Shown: piece by piece, positions 9,573-17,267 of the stretch | Position numbering within the stretch: position 1 is the stretch's first letter | How the letters are laid out: every line of letters begins with the position of its first letter | NCBI GenBank assembly: GCA_018396655.1 | Contig: JAGTQF010000004.1 | Location: 317 to 64,316 of the forward strand | Length of the DNA stretch: 64,000 nt | Source: Candidatus Bathyarchaeota archaeon | GTDB lineage: Archaea > Thermoproteota > Bathyarchaeia > Bathyarchaeales > DTEX01 | Direction: 5' to 3' | Position numbers and translations under genes: made by a program | Notes under the pieces: generated by a model | What the model was told of the DNA's origin: nothing | Database searches by the model: none | Seen by the model: the letters and a program-made list of their open reading frames with translations, nothing else

Positions 9573-9836
9573 ATGGCTAGGAAGTCTAAGAGGGAAACAC
9601 AAAGAATGCTAAGGGCTGTCGTTGTCCTTCTAAGGAATACTACATGGAAGTGCGGCAAAGTTGAACGCCTCGTTGTTCAATATCTTCAGAATCACCTTAT
9701 GAAGTATGGCTCCCCAAAATCTTCAGTAATGGAGATAGCCCAGCACTTCAACCTAAATGGTAAGCAGAAAAGCGAGTTCTTCGACGCACTGAAACGATTA
9801 GAAAAACGACAAATAATAGAAATTAGAGGTCTTTAA
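9573..9836 (+). CDS. hypothetical small protein, possible winged helix
   Basis: ORF only. The C-terminal MEIAQHF...LKRLEKRQIIEI resembles a wHTH recognition helix plus wing. Confidence 0.35.
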   Translation: MARKSKRETQRMLRAVVVLLRNTTWKCGKVERLVVQYLQNHLMKYGSPKSSVMEIAQHFNLNGKQKSEFFDALKRLEKRQIIEIRGL

Positions 9837-9903
9837 TCAACCCTCATACTATTTTCTTTTCTATTTAAGAAAACTAATAAATACCGGGCGATTCTCTTAA
9901 ATA

Positions 9904-10338
9904 ATGAAGGAGACCAGCGAGTTCTCTCCTAATTATGCTGGAGCGATTAAAAATATGAGTGAAGAGGAGATTGACGTTAAGGAGATTCTTAGACGCATAG
10001 ATGATTTAACAACCGTCCTTAAAATCATGTTAGATGATTTAGCGGAAATATCGAGGGTTTTAAAGGCACGTTTAGAAGTGCATGCGCCTGAGACGCCAAC
10101 ATCGGCAATCCCAGCGCAGAGACTGAGAAATATCGAAGATATCCAAAGAGTTTTTCCTCAAGACCTATTAAATCTCCTTCTCTTTGAAGTTACCGAGGAG
10201 CACATAATCATTAAGCCTAGACAATATCTTGGCCCTGAGAACTTCGCTAGAATAGCTTCGATAGTTCGTGAGCAACTTAGAGGCGAATACGTAAGCCATG
10301 GGAAAGAGTCCCACTTTAGAGTCCCAAGAAGAATCTAG
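9904..10338 (+). CDS. hypothetical protein
   Basis: ORF with protein-like composition and a predicted coiled N-terminal half. I recognise no motif. Confidence 0.4.
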   Translation: MKETSEFSPNYAGAIKNMSEEEIDVKEILRRIDDLTTVLKIMLDDLAEISRVLKARLEVHAPETPTSAIPAQRLRNIEDIQRVFPQDLLNLLLFEVTEEHIIIKPRQYLGPENFARIASIVREQLRGEYVSHGKESHFRVPRRI

Positions 10339-10405
10339 CTTCGAAAAGATGGAGGAGCCAGGTATCTTTAGCGTAGCATGCCATCTCTGAGGGCCATCAT
10401 ATTCC

Positions 10406-10783
10406 CTAGATGTAAAATGTTTCGCCGCTTCCCCTTCTTGCCCTCTCTTCAGCCTCCTCTCTGGCCTCAACAGCTACTCCACTCTTTCTAGCACCCTGTT
10501 TTGTAACCTCTATATCATACTTTATGAATTCTTGAACGAACTCCGCTAATCTCCTATTCATTTCAACGAGCTCATCCCTATTAAATGCAACCATTATATC
10601 CGGGTTGTTAACCCAGTTCATCCATCCTAAGAGACTTCTATGCAGCGCCATTAGGACAAAGCGCATTGACTGAACAAGTTCAAGCCTATCCATATCCTTT
10701 CTTTCAAGCAGCCTTCTTATCTGCTCCAGAGCTCTTTCAGACGCTTGAATCCATCCCTCACTCAATATTTCCCACCCCGACAA
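10406..10783 (-). CDS. hypothetical helical protein
   Basis: ORF with helical heptad-like composition. No motif recognised. Confidence 0.4.
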   Translation of the reverse strand: MSGWEILSEGWIQASERALEQIRRLLERKDMDRLELVQSMRFVLMALHRSLLGWMNWVNNPDIMVAFNRDELVEMNRRLAEFVQEFIKYDIEVTKQGARKSGVAVEAREEAEERARRGSGETFYI

Positions 10784-10886
10784 TTTATTATTTCTCCTAT
10801 CTCACCTATTTACTTGTTGGCTCAGCATAAAAGACACACTATAACTAATATTTCTTTTGGTCGCTGAGGGAAAAATTTAATAGCCA

Positions 10887-11162
10887 CTAGTTCCGGATTT
10901 GGAAGCCCTTAAATTTGCCGGTTGGGGTCTCCCAAATAACTTCAACATTCTTGACAATAGCGCCCGGCGGACCCCTACGACAGAATTCAATCATTGCATC
11001 AACATTTTCTTTCTCACCCTCGAAGACAGCCTCAACCCTACCATCCGGCAAATTACGAACCCACCCAACAACATTATTGCGTATAGCCCTCAAACGGGTT
11101 TCGTGTCTAAAGAACACGCCCTGAACACGCCCACTAACGAAGACATGGGCCCTAACCCTCAT
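10887..11162 (-). CDS. acyP: acylphosphatase
   Basis: Contains VSGRVQGVFFR and GWVRNLPDGRVE signature motifs; 91 aa. Confidence 0.85.
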   Translation of the reverse strand: MRVRAHVFVSGRVQGVFFRHETRLRAIRNNVVGWVRNLPDGRVEAVFEGEKENVDAMIEFCRRGPPGAIVKNVEVIWETPTGKFKGFQIRN

Positions 11163-11191
11163 AATCTTGGGGCCCTCCCTCCAACTGAATT

Positions 11192-11515
11192 TTAGAATAC
11201 CTTCTTGAACTTTATTGTCTGATTAAATAGTTCAACTTCATATATTTGGTTCACGTCAAAATCTACACCGAGCTCCTCATACTCTCGCTCCGTTAAAAAT
11301 AAAATTATCTTTGGCATCGCAACCTGCGATGAAATGCTAAATAATGGAATTTGCTGCTGTAGCACCCTGACCATATCTTGAATCATCCTAGCCTCCTCGC
11401 TTGCTGGTCTAATTGCGAATCTTGGCGTTGTCTCTTCTTGGACAAGCTCTATCCGCTTACCCAAGTTTCCCTCTAAATCTCTAACGGACTCTATTCTCTG
11501 AACTCTAACCCTCAT
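11192..11515 (-). CDS. hypothetical protein
   Basis: ORF only, with protein-like composition. Confidence 0.4.
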   Translation of the reverse strand: MRVRVQRIESVRDLEGNLGKRIELVQEETTPRFAIRPASEEARMIQDMVRVLQQQIPLFSISSQVAMPKIILFLTEREYEELGVDFDVNQIYEVELFNQTIKFKKVF

Positions 11516-11583
11516 TCTCTTACACCAAAGAATGAATAATGCTCCGCACGCATATAAAAGGATAAGCCACGAATTAAATGGGG

Positions 11584-12795
11584 CTACTCCATTTCTATCG
11601 TGGCTGGGGGCTTAGGTGTCACATCATAGTATACGGCTGAGACCTCCGGGCAACTTTTAAGAATCCGTTGCGCAGTCTCCTTCAGAGAGCCCCAGGGAAT
11701 ATCGGCAACATTGGCTGTTAGGAAGTCCTCCGTTTGAACAGCCCTGATAACTATTGAGTATTGCCTGTATACATCGACGTCAGAAACCAAGTAAAGTACT
11801 CTTGTAATCGAAGTGTTAGCATCTATGATGGCCTTCTGCATCTTAAGTAGACTGCTTAGGGAAGACATATAAACCTCACCACCACTTAGGCATTTAATGG
11901 CAGCAATATTGCCATACTTGCGCATTCCTCCGCTTACACCAGTTACTTTATCCCTAAAAATTTTCACGGAAATATCCTCCGACTTAATCCTCAAAGAATC
12001 TACAACAGCATCCTTAATTCTCTTAATATTGGGATTCGGCTTAAACTTATTATCTATTATAGCCGCGAAATATTGGCTTGGCTTATATGCCGCCAAATTC
12101 TCTTCAACAATCAGTGTTGCCCTCTTTAACACCATCAGTTTGTCAGCCCTAATTTCGCCAACAACTCTGACAGATAATCCAGGTCCAGGAAAAGGTTGCC
12201 GCTCACTTATCTCAGGTGGAATCTTTAGATATCTTGCAACCTCCCTAACCTGCCACTTAAGTAAGCTAGCTAACGGCTCAACAACTTTAAAACCATATAA
12301 TTCGCGCGTGCTTATACCAATCTGTTCTAAAACATTATGCTGGGTTTTTATTCCACCTTTAGTCTCAATTATATCCGCTAAAATTGTTCCCTGAACGAGA
12401 TATTCGCATCCTTCCCTCCTTGCTATCTCGCTTAGAACTTTATAAAATGTCGCTCTGAAAGCCTTACGCTTCTCCTCAGCGTCCCTAAGACCCTCAAGAG
12501 ACCTTAAAAAGCGTTCTTGAACGTGCTCAATTCTAATCGGGAGATTAAGCGGAGGCCTTGATAATACCTCAGCAACCTTCTCCGGCTCATTCAGTCTCAT
12601 AAAAGCATCATCAAGTATAACACACACTAAATTGTCCCCTATAGCCATATGGGTTAAAACCGCACACGTAGAACTGTCAACACCACCAGACACGGCGATA
12701 AGCGCCCTACCATCACCAATAGTCCGCTTAATCTCCCCAATCTGCTTCTCAACAAACTCTTTGGGGTCAAATCTCTCCAAACTCACCACTCTCAC
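11584..12795 (-). CDS. GMP synthase subunit B-like PP-loop ATP pyrophosphatase with an enlarged C-terminal domain
   Basis: Contains the SGGVDSS PP-loop, QGTI..D.IE, ERQPFPGPGL and the C-terminal KPPATIEME signature of GuaA-type enzymes. No adjacent GATase subunit is present. Confidence 0.7.
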   Translation of the reverse strand: MRVVSLERFDPKEFVEKQIGEIKRTIGDGRALIAVSGGVDSSTCAVLTHMAIGDNLVCVILDDAFMRLNEPEKVAEVLSRPPLNLPIRIEHVQERFLRSLEGLRDAEEKRKAFRATFYKVLSEIARREGCEYLVQGTILADIIETKGGIKTQHNVLEQIGISTRELYGFKVVEPLASLLKWQVREVARYLKIPPEISERQPFPGPGLSVRVVGEIRADKLMVLKRATLIVEENLAAYKPSQYFAAIIDNKFKPNPNIKRIKDAVVDSLRIKSEDISVKIFRDKVTGVSGGMRKYGNIAAIKCLSGGEVYMSSLSSLLKMQKAIIDANTSITRVLYLVSDVDVYRQYSIVIRAVQTEDFLTANVADIPWGSLKETAQRILKSCPEVSAVYYDVTPKPPATIEME

Positions 12796-12939
12796 AAAAC
12801 ACTAAAAACACCCGTGGAAAACGCTTATAAATTTTTGCCCCTAGTAAAATTGCATGAGACATGTAAAACATATTAACCGCATATTGAGGTGGCTTATTGA
12901 AAATAAAAAGGCATAAAAATGAGGTTAACGTGGAGATTT

Positions 12940-15210
12940 TCACGCTACTTCGAAAGTTCCCTTTAGCCGTATGTCTTCAGATGAACTGCCTACCATCACT
13001 TCGAATAATCCCGGTTCCACCACCAAATCCATATTTACATCGTAGAAGGAGAGTTCTTCTGGACCTAGAGTGAATTCTACAGTCTTCTGCTCGCCAGGTT
13101 TAAGGGTTATTCTCTCGAATCCTTTAAGCTCCTTTAAAGGTCTTGCCACGCTGGCTAGTGGGTCACGTATGTAAAGTTGAACAACCTCATCACCTATATA
13201 TCTACCAACGTTTTTAACTTCCAATTGAATTTTCACTTTACCTTCAGGGCTTATCTTTTCCGGAGTTATCCTTAGGTTGCTGTACTCGAATTTCGTGTAA
13301 CTTAGTCCATAACCAAATGGGAATAGATATTGCGTTCCTCTTAGGTCAACGTAATCGTATACTCTACCTGAGGGTTTAGGATTATAATATAGTGGAAGTT
13401 GCCCAACCGTCTTCGGAAACGTTATAGGCAACTTTCCACCCGGATTATAATCGCCGAAAAGCACGTCCGCTATTGCATTTCCACCTTCTTCCCCTGGATA
13501 CCACGCCTCAACTACAGCGTTTACCCTATCTATCCATTTAGTCATTGTTATGGCGCTTCCATTTATGAGTACAACAATTGTGGGAATTCCTAAATCACAC
13601 ACCTCCATTATCAAATCTTCCTGCACTCCAGGCAAGTCTAAGTTACATCTATCTCTTTGTTCACCCTCAGTTTCCGGCACAGAGTTCCCCATAAATAATA
13701 TTGCGACATCCGAGTTCTTCACAACCTTTAAGGCATCTTTAAATCCTTCTTTTGAAGTTCCAGTCAAACTACAGCCTTCTGCATAATACACTCTCATGTG
13801 CTCTGAAACCTTGTTCCTGATTCCCTCTAATGGCGAAACTACTTTGACCCCATATCCACTATATCCTCCAAGTCTCATAACAGCCGCATTAGGACCTAAA
13901 ACGGCGATAGCCTTCAAATTTCTAGAGAGTGGCAGTATCCCATCATTTTTCAGTAAAACTATTCCTTCTCTTGCCGCTTCCAATGCTAATTTTCTATGCT
14001 CATCACAATCACATATCCTCTCAGCATATTCGGGATCAATGAATGGTTCTTCAAATAGGCCAAGCCATACCTTAGCCCTTAAAACTCGTCGGACAGCCTC
14101 GTTAATAACCTCCTCTTGAATCTTTCCCTCCCTAACTAAGTCAATGAGGTGCTCAAAGCAGTCTGACTCCGGTAGCTCCATGTCTAAACCAGCTTCCAGA
14201 GCCTTTTTAGCAGCTTCTGCTTTTGTTCCTGCAACTCTATGATGGGTTATTAAACCTAAGACAGAGCCATAGTCTGAAACAACAAAACCTTTAAAGTCCC
14301 ACTCTTTTCTGAGTATCTCGGTTAAAAGCCACCTGTTACATGAGCATGGAACTCCATCTATAGAATTATAGGCCGCCATGAGCGAAAGCGCCCCACCCTT
14401 CTGGATGGCTGCCTTAAAGGCTGGGAAATAAATTTCCCTTAGAAGCCTTTCTGAGAAGTGTATCGCATTACTATCCCTTCCTCCATCCCCCACGAAGTTA
14501 GCGGCAAAATGCTTAGGCGTACATATCACCTTCTGACTTTGAACTCCTCTTACAAAGGCTACCGCCATAATTGAAGCCAAATAGGGGTCTTCACCATAAG
14601 TTTCTTCGGTTCTTCCGCACCTTGGGTCCCTAGCAATATTTATTGTTGGAGAAAGAAGTTGATGAATCCCATGAGCTCTAGTCTCTTTGCCTATAGCTAC
14701 TCCTATTCTCTCAACTAACTCTGGATTCCATGTGCTAGCCAAAGCGATAGATTGCGGGAATATTGTGCATCCTTGAGCCATACATCCATGCAGGCCCTCA
14801 TCATGGATTATCACTGGAATCTTAAGTCTTGTGTTTTCAAGGAAAAATTTTTGTATATTGTTATGTAGCTCCGCAGCTTCTCTCGGCGGAAATGAACGTA
14901 AAATTATGCTTAGCATACCAACATTCTTCTCTTTTTCTAGAAACTCCTTTAAATGTTCTCGGATATAAGCAGAAGTTATCATGCCGGAAACTTCCCTCTC
15001 AGCAAAAAACATTTGGAACATAAAATCCATGAGTCTTCCTCTTTTCTCCGGCGGAACAACCCTAAATATTTCGAAAAGACGTGCCCACGGCAAAAGCCAT
15101 TTAGCCCTTAATTGTCCAACTTTTTCCTCCAGAGTCATCTCAGAAAGCATCTTCTCCACTTTTTCCTCAATAGACGGATCTAAGTTTAAGTTGATTTTAC
15201 TTCCTTCCAT
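12940..15210 (-). CDS. glycoside hydrolase family 3 beta-glucosidase-like enzyme
   Basis: Contains EEKVGQL, a GFVVSDYG (nucleophile Asp) region and a C-terminal FGYGLSYT plus fibronectin-like domain. ATG 15210 is preceded by GGAGGG; the longest ORF reaches 15249. Confidence 0.85.
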   Translation of the reverse strand: MEGSKINLNLDPSIEEKVEKMLSEMTLEEKVGQLRAKWLLPWARLFEIFRVVPPEKRGRLMDFMFQMFFAEREVSGMITSAYIREHLKEFLEKEKNVGMLSIILRSFPPREAAELHNNIQKFFLENTRLKIPVIIHDEGLHGCMAQGCTIFPQSIALASTWNPELVERIGVAIGKETRAHGIHQLLSPTINIARDPRCGRTEETYGEDPYLASIMAVAFVRGVQSQKVICTPKHFAANFVGDGGRDSNAIHFSERLLREIYFPAFKAAIQKGGALSLMAAYNSIDGVPCSCNRWLLTEILRKEWDFKGFVVSDYGSVLGLITHHRVAGTKAEAAKKALEAGLDMELPESDCFEHLIDLVREGKIQEEVINEAVRRVLRAKVWLGLFEEPFIDPEYAERICDCDEHRKLALEAAREGIVLLKNDGILPLSRNLKAIAVLGPNAAVMRLGGYSGYGVKVVSPLEGIRNKVSEHMRVYYAEGCSLTGTSKEGFKDALKVVKNSDVAILFMGNSVPETEGEQRDRCNLDLPGVQEDLIMEVCDLGIPTIVVLINGSAITMTKWIDRVNAVVEAWYPGEEGGNAIADVLFGDYNPGGKLPITFPKTVGQLPLYYNPKPSGRVYDYVDLRGTQYLFPFGYGLSYTKFEYSNLRITPEKISPEGKVKIQLEVKNVGRYIGDEVVQLYIRDPLASVARPLKELKGFERITLKPGEQKTVEFTLGPEELSFYDVNMDLVVEPGLFEVMVGSSSEDIRLKGTFEVA

Positions 15211-15384
15211 CCATAAATTCCCTCCATAACTTCTCCCTCTACCACTCATTACTATTTAATTCTTAATGCTTTAGTAGAACTTACTCAATAATTTACTCTA
15301 TTCTGTTACGAGAAATCAATTGATCACAACATGTATGGAAATGAGCTAGCGCTGAAGCTGGCCGCACTAATATGGTGGATAGCA

Positions 15385-15407
15385 TTCTAACATTCATAAT
15401 GTTAGAA
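15385..15407. other. perfect 10-bp hairpin in a ~270-nt non-coding gap
   Basis: TTCTAACATT-CAT-AATGTTAGAA. Confidence 0.4.
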
Positions 15408-15522
15408 GGGCGATTATACCGGAGTTTATGAGGTTAAGATTCTCCCTCCCTCCTTGGGCTCTTATGCCCCGCCGTAGGGTTAAATTCTAAGTTAATCGAT
15501 TTCAGATTCAATCCTACTAATC

Positions 15523-15750
15523 CTACAAGCTTATCCAATGTAACTCAGCCGATTGATTCCAGCCCTGCTGCAAGATTGAATCCAAGAGAGTTGGGGGAAT
15601 GAGGAGAAAAGGCGCGAGAAGGGTTTTCCATGCGGTTGCCTCAAGGGCAAGCGTGGTTACCTTCTCTCGAAATTGCTTAAAAGACTCTTCGAGAGAAGCG
15701 CACAAATCAGCAAGCCCTCGCAAAAGCTCATCAATGATCCTCTCCCCCAT
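15523..15750 (-). CDS. hypothetical helical protein (third ORF of a small minus-strand cassette)
   Basis: ORF only. It is in frame with the upstream ORF across a single TAA. Confidence 0.25.
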   Translation of the reverse strand: MGERIIDELLRGLADLCASLEESFKQFREKVTTLALEATAWKTLLAPFLLIPPTLLDSILQQGWNQSAELHWISL

Positions 15751-15756
15751 CCTAGA

Positions 15757-15957
15757 TTACCTCTCCCCCATACTTTTTTCAAGCGCAAGCAGGCGTTGAA
15801 ATATAGGTTGCAACTTTTTCTTTGGGACAAAGTGCTTAGCTGCGTATTTGCAGAACTCTTTAGCTTCGCATTTTCCACATTCATTGGGCCATGCGGGCAT
15901 GCCAAAGAATCCGAAACACTCACCAGGGATAGACTCCATTTTCTGAATCCTCCTCAT
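15757..15957 (-). CDS. hypothetical Cys-containing small protein
   Basis: ORF only (ECGKCEAKEFC). It overlaps the RHH ORF. Confidence 0.25.
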   Translation of the reverse strand: MRRIQKMESIPGECFGFFGMPAWPNECGKCEAKEFCKYAAKHFVPKKKLQPIFQRLLALEKSMGER

Positions 15958-16102
15958 GCACTTTCGCGGTCAGCATGTTTATTTCCCCAAGCACATGGAG
16001 CACACAATATTGAATGAATCGGGAATGGCTCATGCCGAGTTTTCTGGCTGCCTCATCAATGAGCTTGGCAACCCCATCAGGTATGTAGATTGACCTGATC
16101 AT
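15920..16102 (-). CDS. ribbon-helix-helix (CopG/Arc-like) DNA-binding protein
   Basis: N-terminal RSIYIPDGVAKLIDEAARKLGMSHSRFIQ follows a beta-strand/helix/helix pattern. Confidence 0.45.
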   Translation of the reverse strand: MIRSIYIPDGVAKLIDEAARKLGMSHSRFIQYCVLHVLGEINMLTAKVHEEDSENGVYPW

Positions 16103-16110
16103 TTGTTAGT

Positions 16111-16174
16111 CACCTACCTAACTTAATGATAGGAAAAGGTTATATATAAGTTAGTTGGTTAACTAAGTTAGGTG
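16111..16174. promoter_or_regulatory. divergent promoter with three copies of TAAGTTAG around a TATA-like box
   Basis: CTAACTTA at 16118-16125 (inverted copy); TAAGTTAG at 16147-16154 and 16164-16171. The longer arms CACCTA(CC)TAACTTA / TAAGTTAGGTG flank TTATATATAA at 16140-16149. Confidence 0.4.
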
Positions 16175-16181
16175 AGAATGT

Positions 16182-16967
16182 ATGTTTAAGCCGGGCGAGA
16201 TGAAAATATTGCTTGCCCTTGCTGGGGCCAAGGATGGGTTAACGTTTACTGAGCTAAAGAAGGCAACCGGTTTGTCTTCTCCGTCATTGAGCGAGTATCT
16301 GTATAATTTGGAGAAGGAGGGTGTGTTGTTTCGGGAGGAGGGAAAATACCGTCTACCTCAAGTTTTCCGACCGCTTGAGAAGCTCGACAACGGAAAGAGA
16401 ATGTTTAAGCGCTTTCTTGTTAGGATTCCGTTTTTCGGTTTGGAGATCACAACAATCGATAACACAGAAAAGAGAACGGCTGCTTTCATTAATTTCATTG
16501 ACTTCAATATGGCTGGCATCAAACAAATGTTACTCTACTTCTTTTGGGACTCTGTCTTCTCCGCGTTCAAGGAGGCTGGGGTTGTGGAGGAGGGAGACAA
16601 AAAGAGCGCGGAAGAAATGTTGAGGGAAGCGATAAAAATAGGTGAGATCGCGAACGAAAAGCTTTATGGGCATATACGAGATTGGTTGATACCATATTTA
16701 CAACAACTCTTAATAGCGTTTTTGATGAACGCGGACCTACCATTCAAGCGGGAAAGCTTAGACATAAAGGAGACTGAAAAGCAGCTCTTCGAATTATTCA
16801 GCTTTGAAAGCATCAAAAAACAGGCATGGTATATAGCATTAGAAGAGAACATCAAAGCAGTAAGAGAAAAGGCAAAACAGGAAACGAAAAAGAGGCAGAT
16901 TGCAGAGAGACTGGAAAAGACACGTGAAAAACTTAAGCAACTTGAAGAGAAGTCTGAAAAGGCTTAG
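16182..16967 (+). CDS. winged-helix (ArsR/MarR-like N-terminus) protein with a charged coiled-coil tail
   Basis: The N-terminus (MKILLALAGAKDGLTFTELKKATGLSSPSLSEYLYNLEKEGVL) is a typical wHTH. The C-terminus is K/E-rich. Confidence 0.5.
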   Translation: MFKPGEMKILLALAGAKDGLTFTELKKATGLSSPSLSEYLYNLEKEGVLFREEGKYRLPQVFRPLEKLDNGKRMFKRFLVRIPFFGLEITTIDNTEKRTAAFINFIDFNMAGIKQMLLYFFWDSVFSAFKEAGVVEEGDKKSAEEMLREAIKIGEIANEKLYGHIRDWLIPYLQQLLIAFLMNADLPFKRESLDIKETEKQLFELFSFESIKKQAWYIALEENIKAVREKAKQETKKRQIAERLEKTREKLKQLEEKSEKA

Positions 16968-16998
16968 TTTGGGGTTGTACGACCTCTCGCAAAGTATG

Positions 16999-17076
16999 TG
17001 GTAGCGGGGGGTCGATTTGAACGACCGATCTCTGGGTTATGAGCCCAGCGGGTTAACCTGGCTACCCCACCCCGCT
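16999..17076 (-). tRNA. initiator tRNA-Met (anticodon CAT)
   Basis: Hand fold: acceptor AGCGGGG/CCCCGCT gives an A1:U72 pair. The anticodon stem CTGGG/CCCAG has three G:C pairs next to the loop CT-CAT-AA. T-arm is GGTCG-TTCAAAT-CGACC and CCA is encoded. Confidence 0.9.
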
Positions 17077-17091
17077 TCTTACTTATCATAA

Positions 17092-17102
17092 TTTTAAATA
17101 AA
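17092..17102 (-). promoter_or_regulatory. putative TATA box for initiator tRNA
   Basis: The minus-strand TTTATTTAAAA lies 16-26 nt upstream of the tRNA 5' end. Confidence 0.35.
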
Positions 17103-17267
17103 GAGCTGCTTTAAAAGTTTATCTGAGAATTATCATGTGAAATTTTTGTTTTTCCGACGCTTTAAGCCATTTCCTTCTTTTTCGTTAGTCTTTTAATCAT
17201 TAACAGTTATATAGAGTGCATTATATGGTGTATTATATGTTGTTGATGCGTTGGGGGATGGTTAAGT

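Noticed and set aside
15420-15500. Possible att-site copy of the initiator tRNA: GGGCTCTTATGCCCCGCCGTAGGGTTAAA compared with the tRNA segment GGGTTATGAGCCCAGCGGGTTAAC.
   Set aside because: The similarity is patchy and needs several indels. It is not convincing as a direct repeat without a proper alignment.
15599-16017. Plus-strand ORFs (15599..15799, 15673..16017) overlapping the minus-strand cassette ORFs.
   Set aside because: Their translations are P/L/S/F-rich with no structure-like pattern. The minus-strand set includes a recognisable RHH N-terminus and helical proteins, so the minus strand was preferred, though still at low confidence.
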